64,000 nt of DNA from the human T2T-CHM13v2.0 reference genome, Homo sapiens: NCBI RefSeq assembly GCF_009914755.1, contig NC_060946.1; one strand, written 5' to 3'. Shown in pieces: positions 54,751 to 63,752 of the stretch. The first letter of the stretch is position 1, and the number at the start of each line of letters is the position of its first letter. Under the pieces are notes generated by a model. The model did not search any database and was not told the DNA's origin. It saw only the letters and a program-made list of their open reading frames with translations. The translations under genes and the position numbers were made by a program.

Positions 54751-57565
54751 ATGGAATGGAATGAAATGGTATGGAATGGAAAGGAGTGGAGTGGACTGGA
54801 GTGGTGTGGTATGGAGTGGAATCTAATGGGACAGAATGTAATGGAATGGAGTGGAGTGGAGTGCAGTGGAGTGGAATGGAGTGGAATGGAATGGGATGGA
54901 GTGTATTGATGCGGAGTGGACAGGAGTGGAGTGGAGTGGACTGGAGTGGAAGGGAGTGGAGTGGAGCAGAATGGAACAGAATGGAACAAAATGGAATGGA
55001 ATGGTGAAATAAAATGTGAGCTGAGATTGTGCCACTGCACTCCGGCCTGGGTGACAGAGTAAGATCCTTTCAAAAGATAGGAAAGTAATGTAATGGACTG
55101 TATTGGAATTGAATGGAATGGAATGCAGTGGAGTGGAATGGAGTGGAATGTAAAGTGATGCTATAGAAAGGATCGGAGTGGAGTGGAGTGGAGTCGAATG
55201 GAATGGAATGGAATAAGATGGAACGGAGAGGAGAGGAGAGGATTGGAGTGGAGTGGAATGGAATGGAATGGAGTGGAGAGGAGTTGAGTAGACTGGAGTG
55301 GAATGGAATGTAATGGAATGGAGAGGTGAAATGAAATGTGAGCTCTGATTGTGCCACTGTACTCCAGCCTGTGTGACAGAGTGAGACTCTGTCAAAAGAA
55401 AGTGATGGAATGGAATGGAGTGGAATGGAAAGGAATGGAATTGAATGGAGTGGAGTGTAGTGGAATTGAATGGAGTGGAATGGAGTGGAGTGTAGTGGAA
55501 TGGAATGGAGTGGAATGGAGTGGAGTGGAGTGGAATGGAGTGGAATGGAATGGGATGGAAAGGAATGTAATGGTTTGGAATGGAGTGGAGTGATGTGGAA
55601 TGGAGTGGAATATAATGGGATGGATTGGAATAGAGTGGAGTGGGATGGAATGGAGTGGAATGGAATGGAATGGAATGGAATGGAATGGAGTGGAATGGAA
55701 TGGAATGGAGTGGAATGGAATGGAATGGAATGGAATGGAGTGGAATGGAATGGAATGGAGTGGAATGGAATGGAATGGAATGAAATGGAGTGGAGTGGAA
55801 TGGAATGGAGTGGAGTGCACAGGAATGCAATGGAATGGAACAGAATGGAATGGAATGGTGAAATTAAATGTGAGCTGTGATTGTGCCACTGTACTCCAGC
55901 CTGGGTGGCAGAGTGAGATGCTGTCAAAAGAAAGGAATGCAATGGAATGGAGTGGAATGGAATGGAGCGGAATGGAGAGGAGTGGTGTGGAGTGGAGTGC
56001 AGTGGAGTGGAGTGGAGTGGAGAGGAATGGAATGGAGTGGAATGGGATGGGAAGGAATTGAATGGAATGTAGCGGAGTGGAGTGGACTGGAATGGAATGG
56101 AATGGACTGGAATGGAATGGAATGGCGTGGAGTGGAGTGGAGTGGAGTGGATTGGAGTTAAATAGAATGGAATTGAATGCAATGGAATGGTGAAATGAAA
56201 TGTGATCTGAGATTGTGCCACTGCACTCCAGCCTCAGTGACAGAGTGAGACTCTTTCGAAGACAACGAATGGAATGGAATGGAGTGGAATGGAATGGAAT
56301 GGAGTGGAGAGTAGTGGAGTGGAGTGAAGTGGAGTGGAGAGGAATGGAATAGTTTGGAGTGGAATTGAATGGAGTGGAGGGTAGTGGAGTGAAATGGATT
56401 GGAATGGAGTGGAATGGAATGGGTTGGAATGGAGTGGAGTGGTGTGGAGGGGACTAGAGTGGATGGGAGTTGAATGGAATGGAGTGGAGTGGTGTGGAGT
56501 GGACTGGAGTGGAAGGGAGTTTAATGGAATGGGATGGAATGGAATGGAGTAGAATGGAGTTTAATAGAATGGGATGGAATGGAATTGAATGGAAAGGAAT
56601 GGAATGGAATGGAATGGAATGGAATGGAATGGAATGGAATGGAATGGAATGGGATGGTGAAATGAAATGTGAACTGAAATTGTGTTACTGCACTCCACCC
56701 TGGGTGACAGAGTGAGATCCTGTCAAAAGAAATGAATGGAATGGAATGGAGTAGAATGGAATGGAATGGAATGGAGTGGATTGTAGTGGAGTTTAGTGGA
56801 GTGGAGTGGAATGCTGTGGAATGGAATGGGATGGAATGGAATGGAATGGAATGGAATGGAGTGGAGTAGAGTTGATTAGAGTGGAGTGGAGTGGAGTGGA
56901 ATGGAGTGGAATACAATGGAATTCAATGGAATGGAGTGGAGTGGATTGGAATGTAGAAGGGTGGACTGGAATGAAGTGGAATGGAACGGAATGGAATGGA
57001 ATTGAATGGAACGGAGTGGAGTGGAATGGAATGGAATGGAATGGAATGGAATGGAATGGAATGGAATGGTGAAATGAAATGTGAGCTGAGATAGTGCCGC
57101 TGCACTCCAGCCTGGGTGACAGAGTGAGATCCTGTTGAAAGAAACGAATGGAATGGAATGGAATGGAATGGAATGGAGTGGAGTGGAGTGAAGTGGAGTG
57201 GAGTGGAGAGGAATGGAGTGGAATGTGATGGGATGGATTGGAGTGGAATGGAGTGGAATAGACTGGGCTGAAGTGGAGTGGATTGGAGTGGAATGGAGTG
57301 GAATGGAGTGGATGGAATGGAATGAAATGGATTGGGATGGAGTTGAGTAGATTGAAGTGGAGTGGAGTGGAGTGGAGTGGAGTGCAGTGGAATGTTATGG
57401 AATGGCAATGAATGGAATGGAATGCAATGCAATGTAATGGTGAAGTGAAATGTCAGCTGAGATTGCTCCACTGCACTCCAGCCTGGGTGAAAGAGAGATA
57501 TCCTGTCGAAAGAAAGGAATGGAATGGAATGGAATTGTGTGGAATGGAATGGAATGGAAGGGAGT

Positions 57566-57630
57566 GTAGTGTAGTGTAGTGTAGTGTAGTGTAATGTAGT
57601 GTAGTGTAGTGTAGTGTAGTGTAGTGTAAT
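57566..57630 (+). repeat. (GTAGT)n microsatellite, ~13 units
   Basis: gtagtgtagtgtagt... with two gtaat variants. Confidence 0.92.
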
Positions 57631-58045
57631 GGAATGGAGTGGAGTGTAGTGCAGTGTAGTGGAGTGGAGTGGAGTGGAGAGGAATGGAGTGGAATGTGAT
57701 GGGATGGATTGGAGTGGAATGGAGTGGAATGGACTGGACTGAAGTGGAGTGGATTGGAGTGGAATGGAGTGGAATGGAGTGGATGGAATGGAATGAAATG
57801 GATTGGAATGGAGTTGAGTGGATTGAAGTGGAGTGGAGTGGAGTGGAGTGGAGTGGAGTGGAGTGGAATGTTATGCAATGGAAATGAATGGAATGGAATG
57901 CAATGCAATGTAATGGTGAAGTGAAATGTCAGCTGAGATTGCTCCACTGCACTCCAGCCTGGGTGAAAGAGTGATAACCTGTCGAAAGAAAGGAATGGAA
58001 TGGAATGGAATGGAATGGAATGGAATGGAATGGAATGGAAGGGAG

Positions 58046-58135
58046 TGTAGTGTAGTGTAGTGTAGTGTAGTGTAGTGTAATGTAGTGTAGTGTAGTGTAA
58101 TGTAGTGTAGTGTAGTGTACTGTAGTGTAGTGTAG
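58046..58135 (+). repeat. (TGTAG)n microsatellite, ~18 units
   Basis: tgtagtgtag... with tgtaa/tgtac variants. Confidence 0.92.
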
Positions 58136-58591
58136 TGGAATTGAGTGGAGTGTAGTGCAGTGTAGTGGAGTGGAGTGGAGTTTAACGTAATGGGATGGAA
58201 TGGAAGGGAGTGGAGTGGAGTGGAATGCAATGTAGTGAAAGGGAGTGTGATGGATTGGAATGGAGTGGAGTGGAGCGGAGTGTAGTGGAATGGAATGGAA
58301 TGGAGTGGAATGGAATTGAATGGAATGCAATGGAATGGAATGGCGTGGAATGAATTGGAATGGAATGGTGAAATGAAATGTGAGCTGAGATTGTACCACT
58401 TCACTCCAGGCTGGTTGACAGGGTGAGATACTGTCAAAAGAAAGGAGTGGAGTGGAGTGGAGTTGAATGCAATGGGATGGAATGGAATGGAGTGGAGTGG
58501 AGTTGAGTAGAGTGGCTTGGAGTGGAGTGGAATGGAATAGAATGGAAAGGAATGGAATGCAATGGAATGGAATGGAAAGGTGAAATGTAAT

Positions 58592-58656
58592 GTGAGCTGA
58601 GATTGTGCCACTGCACTGCAGCCTGGGTTACAGAGTGAGATCCTGTCGAAAGAAAT
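58592..58656 (+). mobile_element. Last Alu 3' fragment cassette before the alpha-satellite junction (type B)
   Basis: gtgagctgagattgtgccactgcactgcagcctgggttacagagtgagatcctgtcgaaagaaa. Confidence 0.9.
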
Positions 58657-58783
58657 AAATGTAATGGGATGGAGTGGAATGTAATGGAATGGAATGGAAT
58701 GGAATGGAATGGAGTGGGGTGGAGTGCAGTGGAGTGAGGTGGAGTGGAATGGAATGGGACAGAATGGAATGCAGTGGAGTGGA

Positions 58784-61700
58784 TTGGAGCACTTTGAGGC
58801 CTATGGTGGAAAAGGAAATATCTTCACATAATACCTAGACAGAAGCAGTCTGAGAAACTTCTTTGTGATGAGTGCGGTCTTCTCACAGAGTTGAACCTTT
58901 CTTTTTATTGAGCAGTTTGGAAACACTCTTTTCGTAGAATCTGCAAGTGGACATTTGGAGAGATTTGAGGCATATGTTGAAAAAAAATTTTCACATGAAA
59001 ACTAGACAGAAGCATTCTGCAACTTCTTTGTGATATGTGCATTCATCTCAAATAATTGAATCTTTCTTTTGATTCAGTAGCTTTGAAACTCCCTTTTTGT
59101 ATTATCTGCAAGTGGACATTTGGAGTGCTTTGAGGCATATGATGGAAAAGGAAATATCTTCAAAAAAGCTAGACAGAAGCACTCTGACAAATTTCTTTGT
59201 GATGTGTGCATTCATCTCACAGGTTTGAACCTTTCATTTGATTGAACAGCTTTGAAAAACTTTGTACAATCTGCATGTGGAAATTTGGAGCACTTTGAAG
59301 CCTATGGTGGAAAAGGAAGTATCTTCATATAAAAACTATACAGAAACTTTCTGACAAACTTCTTTGTGATGTGTGAATTCATCTCACAGATTTGAACGTT
59401 TCTTTTCATTGAGCAGTTTTGAAACAAGTTTTTGTAGAATCTGCAAGTGTATATTTGGAGAGTTTTCAGGCCTACGGTGGAAAAGGAAATATCTTCACAT
59501 AAAAACTAAACAGAAGCATTCTGAGAAACTTCTTTGTGATGTGTGCATTCACCTGACAGTGTTGAAATTTTATTTTGATTGAGCAGTTTCAAAACACTAT
59601 TTTTATAGAATCTGCAAGTGGACATTTTGAGCACTGTGAGGCCTAGTGTGGAAAAGGAAACAACTTCACATTAAAACTAGACAGAATCATTCTGACCAAC
59701 TTCTTTTGGATGTGTGCATCTATCTTCCAGATTTGAACCTTACTTTCGATTGAGCAGTTCTGAAACATTCTTTTTGTAGAATCTGCAAGTGGACATTTGG
59801 AGCACTTTGCAGGCTATGGTGGAAAAGGAAACATTTTCACATAAAAACTAGACAGAATCATTCTGACAAACTTCTTTGGGATATGTGCATTCATCTGACA
59901 GAGTTGGAACTTTCTTTTGATTGATCAGTTTTGAAACACGTTTTGTAGAATTTGCAGGAGGACATTTGGAGTGTTTTGAGGCCTATGGTGGAAAAGAAAT
60001 TATCTTCACTTAAGTGCTAGACAGAAGCATTCTGAGAACCTTCTTTGTGATGTGTGCATTCATCTCACCGAATTTAACCTTACTTTTGATTGAGCTGTTT
60101 TGAAACAATCTTGTAGAATCTGCAATAGGACATTTGGAGCGCTTTGTGGACTATGGTGGAAAAGGAAATATCTTCACATAAAAACTTGACAGAATCATTC
60201 TGAGAAAATTCTTTGTGATATGTGAATTCATCTTAGAAAGTTGAACCTTTCTTTTGATTGAGCAGTTTTGAAAAACTCATTTGTAGAATCTATAATTGGT
60301 CATTTGCAGCACTTTGAGGCCTATGGTGGAAAAGGAAATATCTTCACATAAAAACTAGACAGAAGCATTCTGAGAATCTTCTTTATGATGTGTGCACTCA
60401 TCTCACAGACTCGAAACTTTCTTTTGGTTGAGCAGTTTGGAAACACTCTTTTTGTAGAATCTGCAAGTGGATATTTGGAGTGCTATGCTGCCTAAAGTGG
60501 AAAATAAAATATCTTCACATAAAAACTAGACAGAAGAATTCTGAGCAACTCCTTTGACATGTGTGCATTCACGTGACAGAGTTGAAATTTTCTTATGATT
60601 GAGCAGTTTTGAAACATTCTTTTTGAGAATCTGCAAGTGGATATTGGGAGAAATTTGAGGCCTGTTTTGGAAAAGGAAATATCTTCACATAAAAACTAGA
60701 CAGAAGCATTCTGAGAAAATTCTTTGTGATGTGTCCATGCATGTCACAGATTTGGAGATTTTTCCATTGAGCAGTTTTGAAATACTCTTTTTGTAGAATC
60801 TACAAGTGGACATTTTGGGAGCTTTGAGGCCTATGGTAGAAAAGGAAATATCTTCACATAAAACAAGACAGAAGAATTCTGAGAAACTTTTTTGTAAGGT
60901 GGGCATTCATCTCACAGGTTTGAACCTTTCTTTTGATTGAGCAGTTTTAAACACTCTATTTGTAGAATCTGCAATTGGACATTTGGAGTGCTTTGCGGCC
61001 TATGGTAGTGAAAGAAATACCTTCACATAAAATCTAGAGAGAAGCAATCTGAGAAACTTCTTTTTGATTTGTGTATTCATCTCACCGTGTTAAACCTTTC
61101 CTGTGATTGAACAGTTTGAAACTCTCTTTTTGTAGAATCTGATAGTGGACATTTGGAGCACTTTGAGGACAATGGTGGAAAAGGAAATATCTTCACATAA
61201 AAACTAGACTGAAGATTTCTGAGAAACTTCATTGTGATGTGTACGTTCATCTCACAAAGGTGAACCTTTATTTTGAGTGAGCAGTTTGGAAGCACGGTTT
61301 ATGTAAAATCTGCAAGTAGATATTTGGAGCGCTTTGCGTCCTATGTTATAAAATGAAATACCATCACATAAAATCTCGACAGAAGCAATCTGAGAAATTT
61401 CTTTGTGATGTGTGCATTCATATCAAAGAGTTAAACCTTTGTTTTGATTGAACAGTTTTGAAACTCTCTTTTTGTAGAACCTGCAATTGGACACTTTTAG
61501 CGCTTTGAGGCCTATGGTGGAATAGGAAATGTCTTCACATAAAAACTACACAGAAGAATTCTGAGAAATTTCTTTGTGATACGTGCGTTCATCTTACAGA
61601 GTTTAACCTTTCTTTTGATTGAGCAGTTTGGAAACACTTTTTGTAGAATCTACAAGTAGACATTTGCAGCGCTTTGAGGGCTGTGGTAGAAAAGGAAGTA

Positions 61701-62297
61701 TCTTCACATAAAATCTAGACAGAAGCAATCTGAGAAACTTCTTTTTGATGTGTGCATTCATCTCACAGAGTTAAAACTTTCTTTTGATTGAGTAGTTTAA
61801 AATTCTCTTTTTGTAGAATCTGCAAGTGGACTTTTGTAGCGCTTTGAGGCCTATGGTGGAAAAGAAAATATCCTCACATAAAAACTAGATAGAAGAATTC
61901 TGAGAAACTTCATTGTGATGTCTGTGTTTATCTCACAGAGTTGAAAATTTCTTTTGATTGAACAGTTTGAAAACTCTCTTTTTGTAGAATCTGCAAGTGG
62001 ACATTTGAAGGGCTTTGCATCCTTTGGTACAAAAGGAAATAACTTCACATAAAATCTAGACAGAAGCAATCTGAGAAACTTTTATTGTGATTTGTTCATT
62101 CACTTCACAGAGTTAAAACTTTCTTTTGATTGAGCAGTTTGAAACTCTGTTTTTGTAGAATCTGCAAGTGGACATTTGGAGCGCTTTGAGGCCTATGGTG
62201 GAAAAGGAAATATCTTCACAGGAAAACTAGATAGAAGTATTCTGAGAAACTTCTTCGTGATGTGTGCAGTCATATCTCAGAGTTGAACCTTTCTTTT
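58784..62297 (+). repeat. Alpha satellite, ~21 diverged ~170-bp A-type monomers (non-HOR pericentric layer, SF4/M1-like)
   Basis: Repeating ggaaaaggaaatatcttcacataaaaactagacagaagcattctgagaaacttctttgtgatgtgtgcattcatctcacagagttgaacc... at ~170-bp intervals (about 58809, 59144, 59310, 59480 ... 62200). A-box CTATGGTGGAAAAGGAA present; no CENP-B box TTCGTTGGAAACGGGA seen. The suprachromosomal family call is from recall and is tentative. Confidence 0.96.
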
Positions 62298-62317
62298 TTT
62301 GCCTTTCATTTTGTATA

Positions 62318-62505
62318 CTTTATTTATTTTTTAATTTTTAATTTTGGTGGGTACTTAGTAGGTATATATATTTATGGATACATGAGATGTTTTGATACAG
62401 GCATGCAGGGCGTAACAATCACAGCATGGAAAATAGACTATCCATTCCCTCAAGTATTTATTATCCTTTATGTTACAAACATCCAATTATACTCTTCTAG
62501 TTTTT
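62318..62505 (-). mobile_element. LINE-1 3' end fragment, L1MA2/L1MA3-like, interrupted by the SVA
   Basis: T-rich tail then aattttggtgggtacttagtaggtatatatatttatggatacatgagatgttttgatacaggcatgc...cctcaagtattta...gttacaaacatccaattatactctt, matching the antisense 3' UTR end of L1MA2/3 as I recall it. Confidence 0.8.
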
Positions 62506-62534
62506 GTTTTTGTTGTTTTTTTTCTTTTTTTTTT
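62501..62534 (-). other. SVA poly(A) tail (degenerate)
   Basis: tttttgtttttgttgttttttttctttttttttt on + strand. Confidence 0.85.
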
Positions 62535-62537
62535 ATT
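62532..62537 (-). terminator. SVA polyadenylation signal AATAAA
   Basis: TTTATT on + strand abutting the poly(T), at the canonical SVA 3' end. Confidence 0.85.
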
Positions 62538-63030
62538 GATCATTCTTGAGTGTTTCTCGCAGAGGGGGATTTGGCAAGGTCATAGGACAATAGTGGAGGG
62601 AAGGTCAGCAGATAAACAAGTGAACAAAGGTGTCTGGTTTTCCTAGGCAGAGGACCCTGGGGCCTTAAGCAGTGTTTGTGTCTCTGGGTACTTGAGATTA
62701 GGGAGTGGTGATGACTCTTAACGAGCATGCTGCCTTCAAGCATCTGTTTAACAAAGCACATCTTGCACCGCCCTTAATCCATTTAACCCTGAGTGGACAC
62801 AGCACATGTTTCAGAGAGCACCAGGTTGGGGGTAAGGTCGTAGATCAACAGCATCCCAAGGCAGAAGAATTTTTCTTAGTACAGAACAAAATGGAGTCTC
62901 CTATGTCTACTTCTTTCCACACAGACACAGCAACAATCTGATTTCTCTATCTTTTCCCCACATTTCCCCCTTTTCTATTTGACAAAACCACCATCGTCAT
63001 CATGGCCCGTTCTCAATGAGCTGTTGGGTA
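62535..63030 (-). mobile_element. SVA SINE-R domain (HERV-K LTR/env derived)
   Basis: ggacaatagtggagggaaggtcagcagataaacaagtgaacaaagg...catggcccgttctcaatgagctgttgggtac. Confidence 0.93.
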
Positions 63031-63752
63031 CACCTCCCAGATGGGGTGGCAGCCGGGCAGAGGGTCTCCTCACTTCCCAGAAGGGGTGGCCAGGCACAGG
63101 CGCCCCCCACCTCCCGGACGGGGTGGCTGGCCGGGCGGGGGCTGCTCCCCACATCCCTCCCTGCCGGGGCAGCTTGCCGGGTGGGGGCTGCCCCCCACCT
63201 CCCTCCCGGACGGGGCAGCTGGCCGGGAGGGGGCTGCCCCCCACCTTCCTCCCAGACGGGGCGGCTTGCCCGGTGGGGGTTGCCCCCCACCTCCCTCCTG
63301 GATGGGGTGGCTGCCAGGCGGAGACACTCCTCACTTCCCAGATGGGGCGGCTGCTGGGCAGAGGGGCTCCTCACTTCTCAGATGGGGCAGCTGCCGGGCA
63401 GAGGGGCTCCTCACTTCTCAGACGGGGTGGCTGCTGGGCGGAGGGGCTCCTCACTTCTCAGACAGGGCAGCCGGGCAGAGACGCTCCTCACCTCCCAGAC
63501 GGGGTCGTGGCTGGGCAGAGGCACTCCTTACATCCCAGACGGAGTGTTGGGGCAGAGGCGCTCCCCACATCTCAGACGATGGGCGGCCGGGCAGAGACCC
63601 TCCTCACTTCCTAGATGGGATGGCGACCAGGAAGAGGTGCTCTTCACTTCCCAGACTGGGCAGCCGGGCTGAAGGGTTCCACACATCCCAGACGATGGGC
63701 GGCCAGGCAGAGACGCTCCTCACTTCCCAGATGGGGTGGCGGCCGGGCAGAG
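63031..63752 (-). repeat. SVA VNTR (~40-50-bp GC-rich units)
   Basis: Repeats of cctcacttcccagacggggcggctgccgggcagaggggct and gggggctgccccccacctccctcccggacgggg. Confidence 0.93.

Larger units (their letters stand above)
57190..58160 (+). repeat. ~475-bp tandem duplication carrying an Alu cassette and a (TGTAG)n tract
   Basis: Cassettes 57452 and 57928 share private variants (gaagtgaaatgtCagctg, gattgCTccac, gggtgaAaga); gtgatgggatgg at 57225 and 57696. Confidence 0.87.
426..58656 (+). mobile_element. ~69 dispersed copies of a ~65-bp Alu right-arm 3' fragment, amplified as part of the satellite unit (collective feature)
   Basis: Consensus GTGAGCTGAGATTGTGCCACTGCACTCCAGCCTGGGTGACAGAGTGAGATCCTGTCAAAAGAAAG is the CpG-decayed Alu 3' end plus an A-rich tail. 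Approximate starts: 426, 2956, 5790, 6117, 6909, 8161, 8753, 10190, 15539, 17081, 19497, 22540, 23185, 24237, 24494, 25266, 26328, 27340, 27731, 28674, 29875, 30817, 31740, 32507, 33227, 34073, 34480, 35142, 35784, 36696, 37958, 38780, 39237, 39919, 40631, 42062, 44691, 45634, 46112, 46439, 46796, 47326, 47667, 48102, 48408, 48760, 49596, 50278, 50940, 51281, 51642, 51904, 52311, 52702, 53103, 53489, 53981, 54323, 54504, 55016, 55338, 55870, 56202, 56669, 57081, 57452, 57928, 58380, 58592. Confidence 0.92.
1..58789 (+). repeat. Satellite III (HSat3)-type (GGAAT/GGAGT)n array, diverged, with interspersed Alu-fragment cassettes
   Basis: Continuous pentamer periodicity (GGAAT, GGAGT, plus variants GCAGT, TGAGT, GGAAC, GGATT, GTAGT) with the G-rich strand on + throughout; no strand switch seen. 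I did not see the HSat2 CATTCGATTC motif or the classical HSat3 CAACCCGAGT 10-mer. Confidence 0.97.
46101..58789 (+). repeat. HSat3 domain B (cassette type GAGCTGAGATT...CCAGCCTGGG...GATCCTGTCAAAAGAAAG; GGGAT-rich)
   Basis: 29 type-B cassettes plus two type-A cassettes (49596, 50278) in ~12.6 kb, spacing ~0.4 kb; GGGAT pentamers are common and the GGATCGGAGTGCAGT landmark is largely absent outside the type-A island. Confidence 0.85.

Noticed and set aside
11-58616. Hundreds of ORFs encoding [10 protein letters not shown] or [10 protein letters not shown] repeats, including 1239 aa (15104-18823) and 1046 aa (18630-21770)
   Set aside because: (GGAAT)n and (CATTC)n contain no stop codon in any frame, so long overlapping ORFs arise in all frames. 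No domain content or gene structure; the LTLSPRLECSGTI segments are translated antisense Alu.
426-58656. CRISPR-like appearance (conserved ~65-80 bp repeat separated by variable spacers)
   Set aside because: The repeat is an Alu fragment, the spacers are 0.1-5 kb of satellite, there are no cas genes, and the context is primate.
59373-62069. Short ORFs in alpha satellite
   Set aside because: Chance ORFs typical of translated alphoid DNA.
58784-62297. Active centromeric HOR or CENP-B boxes
   Set aside because: No TTCG....A..CGGG box seen; monomers are diverged and all A-type.
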